NCBI GenBank assembly: GCA_964016885.1
Contig: OZ024743.1
Span: 304,668,001 to 304,732,000 of the forward strand
DNA: 64,000 nucleotides
Origin: Eledone cirrhosa
Taxonomy: Eukaryota
Direction: 5' to 3'
Shown: positions 13,201-26,900 of the stretch, in pieces
Layout of the letters: each line of letters begins with the position of its first letter
Numbering within the stretch: the first letter of the stretch is position 1
Notes under the pieces: model-generated
The model's input: only the letters and a program-made list of their open reading frames with translations
The model's database searches: none
What the model was told of the DNA's origin: nothing
Position numbers and translations under genes: made by a program

Positions 13201-14278
13201 TATATATATATATATGTGTGTGTGTGTGTTATGTTATATTAGACATTTCCAATATATAACCTGGTGAAGATTATAAAAGCTCGATGCTAATTACTATCCT
13301 TGGTCCTTGGTCAATCGGTAATCCAAAAGGCTGGATGACTTTCAATTTCCGTGGACTACGTTATGGACTGTTATGGGACGAACTACAGAGGGAACCTCCA
13401 CAATAACACTCGAGTCTCTAGTGGCAGCCAAATCTTCAATCATTTTATACCTGGTTATCAAGTTTCTTAAAGTATTTATATAAAAATATAATTTAAAATC
13501 GAAAGAACAATTCTTCGACTGATTGACACAAGTATGTTGTTGTTTTATTTTTCAAATATCAAAAGTACGCTATACCTAAATAGCAGCCAACGTCTTTTAT
13601 TCTAATCTTATCATATCATCCTAAAAACTGGAAAATTGAACAATGAATAAATCTTAGTATAAAGATGAAATGTCATGCAGAAGATTAAAAAAATGAAAAA
13701 AAAATGGTTATAATTGAGTTAAATAAATGTAAAATGAAATTACTGATTTAAATTACAATTTTACTTAACCTCACAACAATACCTGCACCTATGATGATGC
13801 CAATTATAATACTAATTGTTTCTAATTTAGTTACAAGACCAGGAATTTCGTGGAAGGAGGGATTAGTTGATTATATCGATCCCGGAAAGACAGAAAGCAA
13901 AGTTGGCCCCAGAGTAATTTGAACATTAACTGTAAATAGCCTAAAAGAAAACCTTGATTCATTTTCCTGATGATCAAAAATTTATATCTTTATTTGTCAC
14001 AAAACCTTAATGATGATTAGTGTCATGTGACTGTAGACTGAACATTATAAAGGTGTTTCAAGCAGCTTCACTCAGAATATTGTAGACAAGGGATAATTAT
14101 ATAAATAGTAAATACTTATTTTTACTTCTAATATATATATATATACGAAAAATGTTAGGAATAGATTTTGATAAATGTGATATAAATGTATAGGAAATAA
14201 ATAAAATATAAATCGTGTACAAAATAGATATAAAGTGTAACTATATAGATACGATATAGAAATATCCCCTTTCTATAG

Positions 14279-14317
14279 ATGCTATCCAGGAAATAGGACC
14301 GTCGATTATCCTAACAG
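14279..14317 (+). other. Possible 39-nt phase-symmetric micro-exon
   Basis: cccctttctatag|AT GCT ATC...ACA G|gtaagc. Open reading (D)AIQEIGPSIILT. Splice-site pattern is the only support. Confidence 0.2.
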
Positions 14318-14489
14318 GTAAGCAAATCACTCGGCATATCAAAGCCAACTATGAAGTGCCTGTACTAGATCTCAGGAGTCATCTATATTTTCTGACAATT
14401 ATCTTCCGTAAACTAACCACCGACCTTAACTAACTACTAGTCGGTGGGAGACATGTTATCAACCTGCAGCTGGAATATATGATATGATA

Positions 14490-14621
<132 letters not shown>

Positions 14622-14622
14622 G

Positions 14623-14905
14623 ATTTCGTTTCTGAATTTGTTTAGCAAGATTCTTTATCTGAAAACGTGTGTTGAAACCGATATTATTATACTTTGGGAG
14701 GGTCATGTTGCTAATAAGAAACACACGCACCAGATACTTTCACTTCAATTTATTATAATAAATTTATAAATTTAGGAATTTATAAATTTCCGGTTGGTTG
14801 GTTGGTTCCACAACCAGATGGTTGTTTATATATTGTCAAAGTTCTTTCATCACACATTCTGTGACCTCTTCAGTGACTGGGGATTCTTTTCTTTGTTTTT
14901 TTTGT
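14623..14905 (+). repeat. Dispersed repeat, homologous to 42686-42965
   Basis: Near-identical tttcgtttctgaatttgtttagcaagattc...gactggggattcttttc. Flanked by microsatellite. Confidence 0.85.
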
Positions 14906-15104
14906 GCCTCTCCTTTGTTCTGCCCTACGCCATCTTCATATATATATATATATATAATATATTTATATATATATAATATATTTATATATATATATATGTG
15001 TGTGTGTGTGTGCGCGCGCGCGTGTATGTGTGCGTTAAGTATTTCCGTAGCAAAGGTAAAAGGAAGATGAGTGCTCTAGGTATTGTACAGAGCTATTTAA
15101 TTAC

Positions 15105-15260
15105 ATAAAAAACAAACCAATATAATTATTCCATTACCAAAGGTTTCAAGAAACTAGACGATTCTTACAGAAACGTCCAGCCGTTCATCTGATGAACGGC
15201 TCGTCTAGTTTCTTGAAACCTTTGGTAAAGGAATAATTATATTGTGTTGTTTATTATGTA
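15105..15260. repeat. Foldback centred on a hammerhead core
   Basis: Axis at gccgttcatCTGATGAacggc (15189-15195). Each arm ends GAAA-CCTTTGG-TA. Confidence 0.6.
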
Positions 15261-15264
15261 ATCT

Positions 15265-15440
15265 ATATATATAAAACTGAGGATGTCTGTCTGTGTGTGA
15301 GAGTTTGAATCCCTAAAACTAGAAAACCACCCAACCGACTGTTTTCAAACTTTACACATGTAATACTTATGTTTCAGCGAGTGTTTTGAGCAAAAACAAT
15401 TTCAAATTTTCAATGCTCTAGGGACCGCATTTGGCGATTT
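15265..15440 (-). mobile_element. 3' fragment of the Helitron-like element at 41974-42667
   Basis: Reverse complement matches ataagtattacatgtgtaaa.tttgaaaa...ggttgg...gacagacat.ctc.gttttata. Confidence 0.55.
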
Positions 15441-15773
15441 ATCCATCTCTCTCTATAATTCTTAGTCTTTCTCTTTTTAGATAGACACATACATATAACG
15501 TCGCGCCCTTATAATATCTGTCTGTATGTCTGACTGTCTGCTGCCTCCGGTTATTCAGCCACCCTTGCTGAAAACAAATCTCACACTCATTCTCCAAACA
15601 GTTGGTAAGTGCACACAACTTCTTCCTCACGTTTTAAGCCACGGTGTTGCTTACTTACGTACCACCAGACACTTACTCCTTTGCCAGCCGTGGTTGTGGC
15701 AATACTAAGTTTAGCTCAGGCGGTTATATATTTCACAATACATTATCCCGTGCAACGCCGGGTACCACTGCTA

Positions 15774-15836
<63 letters not shown>

Positions 15837-17314
15837 TAAACACGCACGCACCATCCCCCTACACACACAGACATATATATATATATATATATACAGAGTA
15901 GGAAACCAAGACTAAACCATTGTGTATATAAATGTACACACAATTAATATATAGGCAAGTACACATGCCAGATGAGGGCCCAACAATGACCGAAAATCGA
16001 TTAAAGTTTTTATCATCTTTAATTTACAAGGAAATTCGTATTTTCTGGCATGTTTACATGATACTTAATAAATATGTGTATATTTATATAGACTTATGTG
16101 CGATCTCTGTTTACCACTCTGTATGTATACAGATATAAATGTATCATACACTTCGTCTGCTAGCGTACCAATGCTACATCTGGTGTGAGAGCTGATATAT
16201 AGTATTACGTTATTTATGTATGTTCTTACACAGAATATAAATATATCGTTGTTAATAGGCACGACTATTTCTCCCGATTAAAGCGATAAAATATTGCACT
16301 ATAGAAATTAAATTATGAAAAGACTTATATATCATTGGACTTAACGTTGCAAGAAACGTTACTCTATAGTTATTAATGACTCGCTCGCTTTCTGATCTAT
16401 GTTCAGTTCCTTCATTGGGAATATAGACGACAAAAGAAAACGACAACAATGTGATATGCCAGATTTGGTTCATCTAAATTTGTGCTCCACTCCAAAAATA
16501 AATAGGTGTCTTCATCAGTACTCTCCACGAATGAATATTGTTACCTACATTTATGATATGATCACATATATTTACTTGTAGAAGGCAGTGCTAGTGGTGG
16601 TGTTGTTGTTGTTGGTAATGATAACGATGATACTACATCAACAAATATCCTAAAACATTCATATTTTCATTCGGGGGATTTGTAGATTCCGTTACTAACA
16701 CTACAATTACTGCCTCAAAAGAGTGGCATTGCCTCATTCTTTGTGTTTTACTAATACATATTACAAACTGCTCCAAATTAGCGTGACGTGTATCATCTCT
16801 ACTTAAGCCTATAATATGTAGCCTCTTCCTCAATCCTTAAATGACCATCTTTATTATACTTAAAATTACCCAGGGTTTGCACTAATCTCTTTTCCTAAAT
16901 ACTACATCTCTTATTAAAACTGATAACTAACCTTTATATGTCATAGGTTTTGCGCATCCTTTAAAGAGTAATTAATAAATCGGAGGATGGACCGTTCATC
17001 TATTTGATAGCTTAGCCAGCCAGAAATACGAACACATTCACCATAAAAACGAGAAGGACAAATTATGGATAATATTTCCGAAAAGAAAAATGTTTGAAAA
17101 TCATTCAGATGATCACAGCCGGAAGGTCTTCCGTTTTAGATCTGCTTGATAATTACTTACGTATGGCTGAACAACAAATTAATAAAAACATAGTTTTCTA
17201 CAACACAGTGATGGTGATTCTAAAATTCAGTTGATAAAATATCTCAAAATTAAAGAGAAGGACTTGTAATCGCATTTCATTCAGACCTTCCTGGTGCCAT
17301 TATTGATACACATG

Positions 17315-17505
17315 GGCGGTGGATTGGCAGTATCGGTAGAGGGTCGGACGCCATGTTTTGACGCATAGAGTTACGGCCCTTTCCAATCTGAGTTCAAATT
17401 CCACCGAGGTTAACTTTGCCTTTCATCCTTACGGGTCGATAAAATAAAGTACCAGTAATACACTGGGTAATTGCTGGCCTTGTGCCTAACGTAGAAACAA
17501 TTATT
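17315..17505 (+). mobile_element. tRNA-derived SINE with Nin-type central domain
   Basis: A-box-like ggattggcagtatcggtaga, B-box gagttcaaattcc, and core gaggttaactttgcctttcatcc..gggtcgataaaataaagtaccag. Further copies occur in the window. Confidence 0.8.
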
Positions 17506-19020
17506 GATACAAATGAAATGTATTGTTTTCGAATTAATATAGCATCTGGATTGTGATTTTAGTTTTCTAGCAACATATACTTTGTTTTATTGCAATCTTA
17601 TGTCAAGATAAAATGCCTTGTATTGGGGACACAGACCCTATTTTCTAGTACAGACAAGTCAACCACAACTAAACTTTTAATCACAAGGGCTGTGGAGTGG
17701 CAGAAATACGTTATTTAGCTTTGCACAATCCACCTTTAAATTGCGCCGAATATAAGTTTGCTTTTCATTGTTCCTGGATCAATAACATTAGTACCAATAA
17801 CATGTTAGAGTCAAATTAATACCAACTATATTACTTTCTTATAAATTCGTGTTCTTGTGCCAAATTTATAAATCAATATGAAAATAAGATGTAATGCGAC
17901 TGCCGATAGAAGTCAATTAAATACATTTTGTCACGTCTGATATTAATTCAATGAAATATGTGATTTTGTGGTTTCTCTACAGAAATATCAAACGCCGCTG
18001 TATTACCATGCACTATTTATTTCCAGTCTTTTGTCCAAACCCATCGTTAATTAGTTATCGCTTTTATAGACACAATTATGCATCAGTGACATTAGAAACT
18101 GCTAAATCTTTGATTTATATATAGATAACGATATTCCTAATTCAGTACCAACATTTACTTATATTTCTATGATATTCAGTTTACGTTTTAGCACAAACCC
18201 CGTAGTTAAAGATGAGAAGTATAATAAACTAGAGAGTGAGTCCTTAAAAGATGGGTAGTTTTGAGAGTATAAGTTTTCCATAGTAGGTGTCAACAAATGG
18301 GTAAAAGATTTATAATTTCTCTGTGATATGAAAAAATGGTATTAACTAACAAATGTTTTTATATTTTATCAATAAAAATATTACTGCAATATTCTAACAA
18401 TGAATGGGTGGATGAATTTTACTAAATCATTTAAAATTTCCAACTGAGCTATATAAATTAATGCTCGAATTATTATATAAATAAAAACAGATGGCTAGAG
18501 AAAAAGAATATGAAAATTAAATAAATCTAAAATAATAAACACATAACCATAAAATACATTCGTATAATAAGCATGAGCTTTTTATTCATAAGTTCTTATA
18601 TACAAAATGAGAATTCATCACTTGTACGAAATAACGCATCGTCGCAACAAAGAACAAACGCCATGGCCGATTGAATTCACTTTGATTGGAAATCACACGT
18701 CTTTGATTTTGAAAGACTACAAGTTAGTTATTGATTTTTCACAAAAAATAATCTCTCATTAATTATTGTAAAATTGTATTACCATTATTACATATAATGA
18801 TTTAAATGTGACTATACATTATGTAAAATATTGTTAAATAACTTTGTTAGTGCATTTTCAAAGTGTATATGAACACAAAAAACTATAGAGTCTTATCTGT
18901 TAATAAAAACATTAAACTTAATCTGTATTTTCGCGACCAATGAAACTATCCCTGACCAGGTAATAACACTAAAACTAATATACAAAAAGTATAATACACA
19001 GGCATATTCATATATATATA

Positions 19021-19231
19021 CGAGGGTTGGTTGAAAAGTTCATAAGCTAAAACGTTCATAGGCTGACCAAGATACTCTCATGAAATAACCAAATGAGGTC
19101 TATTCAAAATAGTCCCTGGAAAGATACAATGCATTTACAAATAAGAAGAGTTCCACATTAATGCATGTAGATATCACAGTACTAGCATCACCCCTTTATA
19201 TTCAGCCTATGAACCGTTCAGTCTACCCTCG
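19021..19231. mobile_element. Mariner-type MITE
   Basis: Imperfect TIRs cgagggttggttgaaaagttcata / tatgaaccgttcagtctaccctcg. TA on the left side. Confidence 0.6.
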
Positions 19232-19279
19232 TGCATATATACATATGTGTGCGTATACATAAGTGTGCACACACATATG

Positions 19280-19311
<32 letters not shown>

Positions 19312-19974
19312 AGTGTTTAGATACACACATACACACCCACACGCACATATATATATATATACAGCGAGAGAGGGGGCGGGGAGAAAGTAGAGAGAATAAA
19401 ATAAAGAAGGAGAGAGGGGGGGATGCGTTTCGGGAACGAAAAGAGAGTAAATACTTATTTAATTTAATGAGAATTTAATTAGCATTACAACCAGATAATG
19501 AGAGATTGCATGTTTTAAATTATATTAATAGATTTATCACCTTAGTACATTACAAATTTATCAGTGTTTAATTCATTTACTCCAGGTGGATGAAAGTCGA
19601 AAGTTAACCTTGACAGAATGTCGATATTATAACTAAAATCTAAAGCATTCAACATGAGACTTTACTGAGTTTGCCAACGCGTTCGACTGATAAGCAAAGT
19701 AGTGTGTTTGCTTGAAAAAAAAACCTCTTAATAACTCTCTCTCTCAATCGAACTGTTTGTTCTTACTATACACAAATTCACCACAATTAAGTTGAATACT
19801 CTTCGATTTGATATTTTACTGAATAATATGTGTCGCAGCTTCGACACATTTCAATAATTTATTATTGCGATAACAAAATAAATATATAATTTTCTGAAAT
19901 TTAAGTAAGTCATGCAAAACGTAAATGATATCCGAATTTGTTAGAATAAAGATTATATCTCAACAAGAATTGCA

Positions 19975-20005
<31 letters not shown>

Positions 20006-20107
20006 TTTATGTCGCGATTTATGCTGGTTTGTATGAATATATGTATGTATGTATGCATGTATGTTTGAGTGCATGTATATATGTATGTATGCACGTACAC
20101 ACACAAA

Positions 20108-20166
<59 letters not shown>

Positions 20167-20206
20167 ATATATATATGTATATATATATATGTATATATAT
20201 ATACAC

Positions 20207-20279
<73 letters not shown>

Positions 20280-21105
20280 TAGATAGATAGATAGATAAAT
20301 TTCTTTATTAGCCACAAATGCACAAAAGACGGGGACAAATACAAATGGGGAGTTTACATACAGGTATATGAAAATAAAACTATTAATAAATGTCGATATT
20401 ATAACAATTGATATACCCAATAGGGGGGTGTGTTACACAGGGGTTGTACACACCCCGAAAAAATGTACAACCCTCATCTCCAGGAGCACTAAGATTGAGT
20501 ACTCCCTTCCCCTCTTCCTCTTTTTCCTCAACCTACAGGCTTATATAGAGAGAAGGTCCAACCACTCGGGCCATCTTTGCCACATTCACCCACATTTTAA
20601 AAAATTTGCTGGGGTACAGCACCTCTCTCTCCATCCTGATACTTCTTCCAAAATGATATTTGAAAAACGAATCAGTTGCTCGCCGGAGAGAAAGGTGTCT
20701 GACCTCAGCCCTTTTAACCTCGTCCACTATATAACCTCTTTCACCATAGCCATTATACATAGGAAAACCGCCTCTCCCTCGAGATAGATAGGTAGATAGA
20801 TAGATAGATAGATATGCCCATGCTATCATGGTTGCATGAGAAAACATTTATCATTCAATCTAATATATGCTGTCTCTTAAAGGATTATATACAGAAGATT
20901 GTATATTGTTAAAGCAAATTAATTAAAATAAATCGATAGACAACAGGAAGATGAATATTCCTTACAGCTTCGACTAGACAGAGTATCAGAATCAGATATA
21001 TGTTAAGAGAACTTCAACTAGGATTTTGAAATCAAACATCATATTTACGTGCTTACATATTATATATGCGTACATTTATATAACACATTAGAGCAATCTC
21101 TGTTA

Positions 21106-22610
21106 CCCTCTCTGTATCTGGGTGATGCTACGTTGGGCGGGCCCGTACGGACGGTCTGCCAATACCTTCAATCGGTGATTCCTTCCCTGGCGGGAATCGG
21201 CCTCCAGGTCAACTCGGCCAAGTCGGAGGTGGTGAACGTCAGCCTCGATGCTGCGAGCTTTGCAGCCTCCGTCTTGGACGTGCGGTCCATTCTCTGCCAG
21301 GTTCAGGTGACCCACAAAGAGGATGTCCTCCTCCTCGGGTCACCGATCCACTCCCCGACCATCCGCTCCACCATCAGGTCCAGGCTTCAACAGCTCCAGA
21401 CTCTCACGAACCGACTGGGCTTGATTGACGGCCACCCAGCTCTCTTTCTGCTGAGGAACTGCTTCGCCATGCCGAAGCTCCTCTATACACTCCGCAGCGC
21501 TCCATGCTACACCCAGACATCTCTCCTCGCTGACCTCGATACTTGTATCCGAGCAGCAGCCGAGGGGATATGCAACGTCAAGTTTGACGAAATAGGGTGG
21601 CAACAGACCACTTTACCGGTCAGTTATGGCGGCCTAGGCCTCCGGTCCCCGATCTCACTAGCTTTGCCGGCGTATCTTTCGTCGATAACCTCGTGCCGCG
21701 TCCTCGTCAGGATTCTTCAAAACACAACAGAACCCTCTGTGTTCAGAGAACGTGAGGCCGCCTGTGAGACGTGGGACCGGCTGGGACTTAGCCCAGTAGA
21801 CGCCCCCTCCTTCTCCCCCTGTTGACGTCAAGTCACCGCAACGCACTTGGGATGCCATCCAGTGCAGCCTGGCCTCAGACAGGCTCACGCGCCAGCTCGA
21901 CCAGCACCGCCTTGCTTGTTTGCGTGCGGCCTCCAAACCCCACAGTGGTGCCTGGCTCCATGCTTTTCCCTCCCTCTCCACTGGCACGCAGCTAGACAAC
22001 CATAGCTTGCGAAGCGGCGTTTCCCTGAGGCTCGGCCTCCGGATCTGCCAGCCACACCGATGTCGCTGTGGTTCCACCGTGAAATCTTTCGGCCTCCACC
22101 CGCTTTCCTGTCGTCACAGTGCCGGCCGCATTCCACGCCATACTGACCTCAACGAGGTCATTAAGCATGGCTTGGACGCTGCTGGCTTCCCTTCCCAGCT
22201 CGAGCCGGTGGAGCTGGATCGAGGGGACGGCAAAAGGCCAGATGGCATGACCATCTTCCCGTTCCGCAGTGGCAAACCCCTCGTCTGGGATGCCACTTGC
22301 ACCGACACTTTCTGCAACCGCAATCTGGTGCAGTCTGCGACTGACCCAGGTTCTGCTGCACGTCGGGCTGAGGGGGCCAAACTCCTCAAATACCGGTCGC
22401 TCTCCGACAGGTTTGCGGTCGTTCCCCTGGCAGTGGAAACTTCTGGTGTCCTCGGCCCCAGGGCTACCTCCTTACTTCCAACCAAAGGCGCTGAGCTGGC
22501 CAGCCGCAGGTGTGAGTCCCGCGAGTTGGAGTGACTTTTCCAGCGCGTCTCCCTTGCCGTCCTCCGGGTAAACGCCTTCTCCATTCTGTCCGCCGAGGCT
22601 GTGGGTGGGC
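21106..22610 (+). pseudogene. CRE-clade RLE non-LTR retrotransposon, 5'-truncated (RT C-half, Zn knuckle, restriction-like endonuclease)
   Basis: YLGDATLGG (YLDD decayed), GLQVNSAKSE, LLGSPI, LPVSYGGLGLR, GAWLHAFP, CRC..H.LSC, RH..LNE, RPDG..WDAT, K..KY, PLAVETSG. Stop and frameshift near 21825. GC-rich island. Confidence 0.88.
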
Positions 22611-22836
22611 CCCATCGCGTACCAATACATTAGTTAAATACCATTCTTTCATCGTTACAACTTATACCAGTTGTATGTCATCTAATTACAAATATATTCT
22701 ATGTCTTGTGAATTGTGTTTAAACAATAATTGTTTCTACATTTGAGTTAAGTTTGACTTATTTCTCTCATTTAATGACAGAAACATGACAATAATTAAAT
22801 ATAAATTAACAAAAAAAAAATATATATATATATATA

Positions 22837-23230
22837 CAACTATATCGGAAACTGATGACATAACGCCATCTAGCGGATTCTAACACAATGTAAGGTTGGA
22901 TAACTATTGACGACGTCGTTTCTGCCCCTGGTCATTATCAAAACAGTGCTTCTTTATCCTGCTCTCTGTTGGAACTGAAATATAGGCGAAAACATATAGT
23001 TCTGAGCCACCCGATAGCTCCATATGCAAATAAGTCTAATCAGCCATGTACATAGGTGTCAAAACTATATATTGTCGCCTATATTTGAGTTCCAGCAAAG
23101 AGCAGGGTAAGAGAGTAATGTATTGATAACGACATTAGTCAGAAACGACGTCGTCGACAGTTACCCAACCTTAGCTTCTGCTGGAGTCCGCTAGATGGCG
23201 CTACATCATCAGTTTCCAGTTACATAGCTG
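22837..23230. mobile_element. Foldback MITE (about 170-bp imperfect TIRs) with CTCF-like motifs
   Basis: ggaaactgatga..cgccatctagcgga...tataggcga mirrored by tcgcctata...tccgctagatggcg..tcatcagtttcc. Confidence 0.75.
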
Positions 23231-23297
23231 AAGGCTTTCATAATGTTTATTCGTACACATACCGTATATCGCTAGATATACAAAATACTCATACTTA

Positions 23298-23382
<85 letters not shown>

Positions 23383-23418
23383 TTTGCTTCAACTTTAATC
23401 TGTTATTTTAATAAATAA

Positions 23419-23459
<41 letters not shown>

Positions 23460-24099
23460 TATAGGTGTGTGTGTGTGTGTGTGTGTATGTGTGTCTCTGT
23501 GTGTGTGTATATATATATATATGTATGTATGTATATATATTAAGAAGAGGGTAACCAAAAGCAGATTACCATATTTGAGAAGAATAAGCTTGGAGAACCT
23601 CTCACTAACGAAACACTCACTACAGGGTACAATAAATAGCAAATAACAGTCTAGGCTTCACTGTCCGCCAGACCGGAGAGGGCAAACTGTCAAATTATCG
23701 ACAGCTCTGTTATAGGTTTGAGGTTGACCCTGTGGTAATGGAGAATTCCGGTGTTATTGGTCCCTGGACAACAATCCTGCTCACTGGTATCGGAGTGGAG
23801 CTAGTTACTCACAAGTGCACAGATACGGGGTAGATTGGCTGTTCAAGCATATCTCCCTTGTTACCCTCCGGTGCAAATGTTATCCATCATGTTGGCCGAA
23901 AACGCGAGGCAGACTGACTCTTATGTTTAATTTATGTTGGTGGTATGTGGAATAGATTTACTTCCATATGTATGAGTTGTTTGAGAAACGAATTTTATAC
24001 ACACATTTCTATATAAAAAAACAAAGTTAATTTTTCAGATGATAAATTATAAATAAGAGCACATGAGGGAAAGGTATATGAGAAATAAGAACCCTGAAT

Positions 24100-24260
24100 A
24101 AAACGATTCTAATGTAGGCGCCAGACCAACAATTTGTATGGAGGCGAAGTCAAGTACACTGAGCTCAGTACTTGATTGGCATTTTAGTTTATCGACCTGT
24201 AAAAGATGAAAGGCAAAATCGATTTCGTCGGGAATTGCAAAACTAGATGCCACAAATCGA
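24100..24260 (-). mobile_element. Degenerate Nin-type SINE
   Basis: tttatcgacc...gatgaaaggcaaaatcga is the reverse complement of the SINE core. Confidence 0.55.
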
Positions 24261-25929
24261 CGGGCTAAAAAGTCTGAAAATGTACCATGCTTGTTTCCAA
24301 TATAATAATCACAACATTGTGATATAACTAACCCATTACTCCCCCAGCTACATCCCAATATACCTTTTCTATTCGACACATGCATGCATGGAAAGCCAGA
24401 CAAATTTCATAATATACTGCCAAATGCAACTCCGCTTAAGACCATTCGTATGGAAGCAGCTTACAATATAGCAGAAACAGTTGAAATATAAAACTAACCG
24501 AAAACCAGACAACAACAAAATCCAATGTGTACGCGTACTTTGCATCATTGAAATACTACCAAGACAGGAATAAACTGAATATAACACACACTGTTTGAAA
24601 ACACACAAAATGCTGGTCGCTAGAGTGTCGAATGATTTATAAGTGAAACATGTCGGAGATTCTTTCCTTTTAGACATTAAATGTTTTGTTATTGCACAAT
24701 AGTGAAAATAACCTTTGACAATAAACGTAAGACCATGCGATCAACCAAAATCTTTAGAACAGCCGAATTGGATCGTGCTTATACAAAAGAATGCTGAAAC
24801 GTAATTATATACAATTATTTAGTATAAAGAAAACAAGAAGAAATATAAAAATGAGCATCTAAAACCTAATGAGAGGCTACACAATTCCCTTTTGGTACGA
24901 TTATGGGGTAAATGAATAGTCTTCATAGAAGAGTTACGTGCACTGAGTTAAAAACCTGGTTTTCCTAGAATTTAAATGAGTAAAGTAATGTGTGAGTGTA
25001 CACATTCGTCAAAACCCACGCACATGATATTACAGTACAATATGCAATAAATACAAAGTTGTGAATGTTTTTTTCTAATAAAGATTTAGAGCCAATAATT
25101 TAGTATATAAACAAACTACCTTACTGAGGTGTAGTTAAATGAGATTCGGAATGCGTATTATGCGGATGATTAATAGAAGTTAAATGTTTATGTAAGTAAT
25201 AAAAGAAGAAAAAAAAAAGAAAATGCAAAACTGCTCGAGTGGAAATACATTATCAGAAACTACTACAAGAAGCTCATGTTCTACAGAAATATGTTCAAAA
25301 ACCAACTACAGAACAACAACAACAACAAAAACAGGAGCAACAACAACAACCAATTAATGGTGAGTTTCACGCACCAAACTTGTTATTGGTCACACAGGAA
25401 AACCACGTGGTTACGAAAAACGAAAAGTTTGTATTATAGAGTTTCGTATGTACAAGGAAAATATAATTTACTTGAATTGCTTGTTTACTCAGAACAATGC
25501 CAAACAGAATTTTAGTGGATGTGCAAATGGAAAGAAGAAGTGAGACCATGTAATTTAAAATAGCGTTGTTCAAGGAAGCGACTCAGTTCGTCAGTAATAA
25601 CTCAAGTGATATTATGGCTAGACATTGACCCCCAACCCCACATACTTACCGATACTAGAATCATTGCACTATTTGACTAAATCATTTTCTGCATATCTGT
25701 CACTTACAATTTCGACTACAATAGTTGCAAAAGATGGTCATCGACAGAAAAATTACAGTTTGCTATTTATCCTAATTGTGTACTTATTGTTAGAGCTGTT
25801 CTTAGAAGAGAGCGGATTGAATGTCATTCATAAAATAGTTGCAAATTGTTTGTGTACAGAGTTGTTCAGCTTTTTGAGGACAGGTATTAATAGCTATAAC
25901 TTATTTCGAACTTGTTCAGATAAATGATG

Positions 25930-26900
25930 AAAGACATCAAGCTAACGCAGCAAATTAAAAGACATTCTGTAATTGTCGCCTTAAATGTAGAGCATAATGA
26001 TTTAGAGATTGTTTGCTTCCTGAAAGTGTGTTGTTAAAGTTCGCAAACTGCTAGAAGAGGTTGACGGGGTTTCTACATCAGTAACCAAACGCAAAACGTA
26101 TGCTAAGACTTCTAATACAACCAGAACACCCACACTGGTTCGAAAGATAATACTCCCAGAATGTCAATGTGGGCTATTGCTAAGGAACTCAAGATTTCAA
26201 GAAAGAATTATGCATGAGGACCTTTGATAAAAGTCATATGTAAGGCGGTGAAGCTAATTCATGTCTGTAAAGACAAAAGATACCCATCTGTCCGTGTAGA
26301 GTGCGTTTTGGGCAAATTGAAACATAAAGAGACTGGAATACTTTGTCTTTTCTTCCAGGAGAAAAATCTTTGATCGGGAGAGCAAGATCAACCGAAAGAA
26401 TGACAGGTGGTTATGCAGAAATCGGAATGAAGTCCCAACGGTTATGCACTCAGCATGTGATCGTTCTGGGAATCATGAGCAGCGACGGAGATATGTCTCC
26501 TCACTATAATCAGCAGCTTGCCAATGCTGTTGACTCTAGGGAGCTGTTGGGGAGGGTTGAGAAGCTTTCAATATAGAACGGCAGCAAAGGAAGGTCGTAC
26601 ACTTACCAACAAGAATCTCTGTCGCCTCATAAAGCCAGATCGACCCACTAATGGATGCATTACATTCTCCACGATAACTTTACTCCAAACATGGCCTACT
26701 AGCTCCCTAAACCTGAATCCGTTAGACTACTACGTATAGGGTGTAGTGGAGAGGGAATTAAATTAACACTCTATAAAACTATAAAAATGTCTCCCGTACC
26801 TAGTACAATATCCAAAATAGATAAAGATCATCTGATTTGTGTGTCAATGCTGCAGACCAAAGCTGTCATCGATGCTAACAGTGAGTCCATTGATTAGGTG
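25930..26900 (+). pseudogene. Tc1/mariner (maT/DD37D-like) transposase relic
   Basis: Broken frames give SMWAIAKELKIS, KINRKNDRWLC, VIVLGIMSSDGD, YTYQQESLSPHKA, and WPTSSLNLNPLDYYV (the WPxxSPDLNPLDY motif). Confidence 0.75.

Noticed and set aside
15965-16005. CAGATGA-GG..CC-GAAA-ATCGAT-TA
   Set aside because: The core is mutated and no stem I forms. Probably a dead HHR remnant.
20368-20787. 139-aa ORF between microsatellites
   Set aside because: No recognisable motif. Likely an unclassified repeat fragment.
22852-22858. CTGATGA in the MITE TIR (and TCATCAG near 23206)
   Set aside because: No compatible stem II, GAAA, stem III or NUH arrangement.
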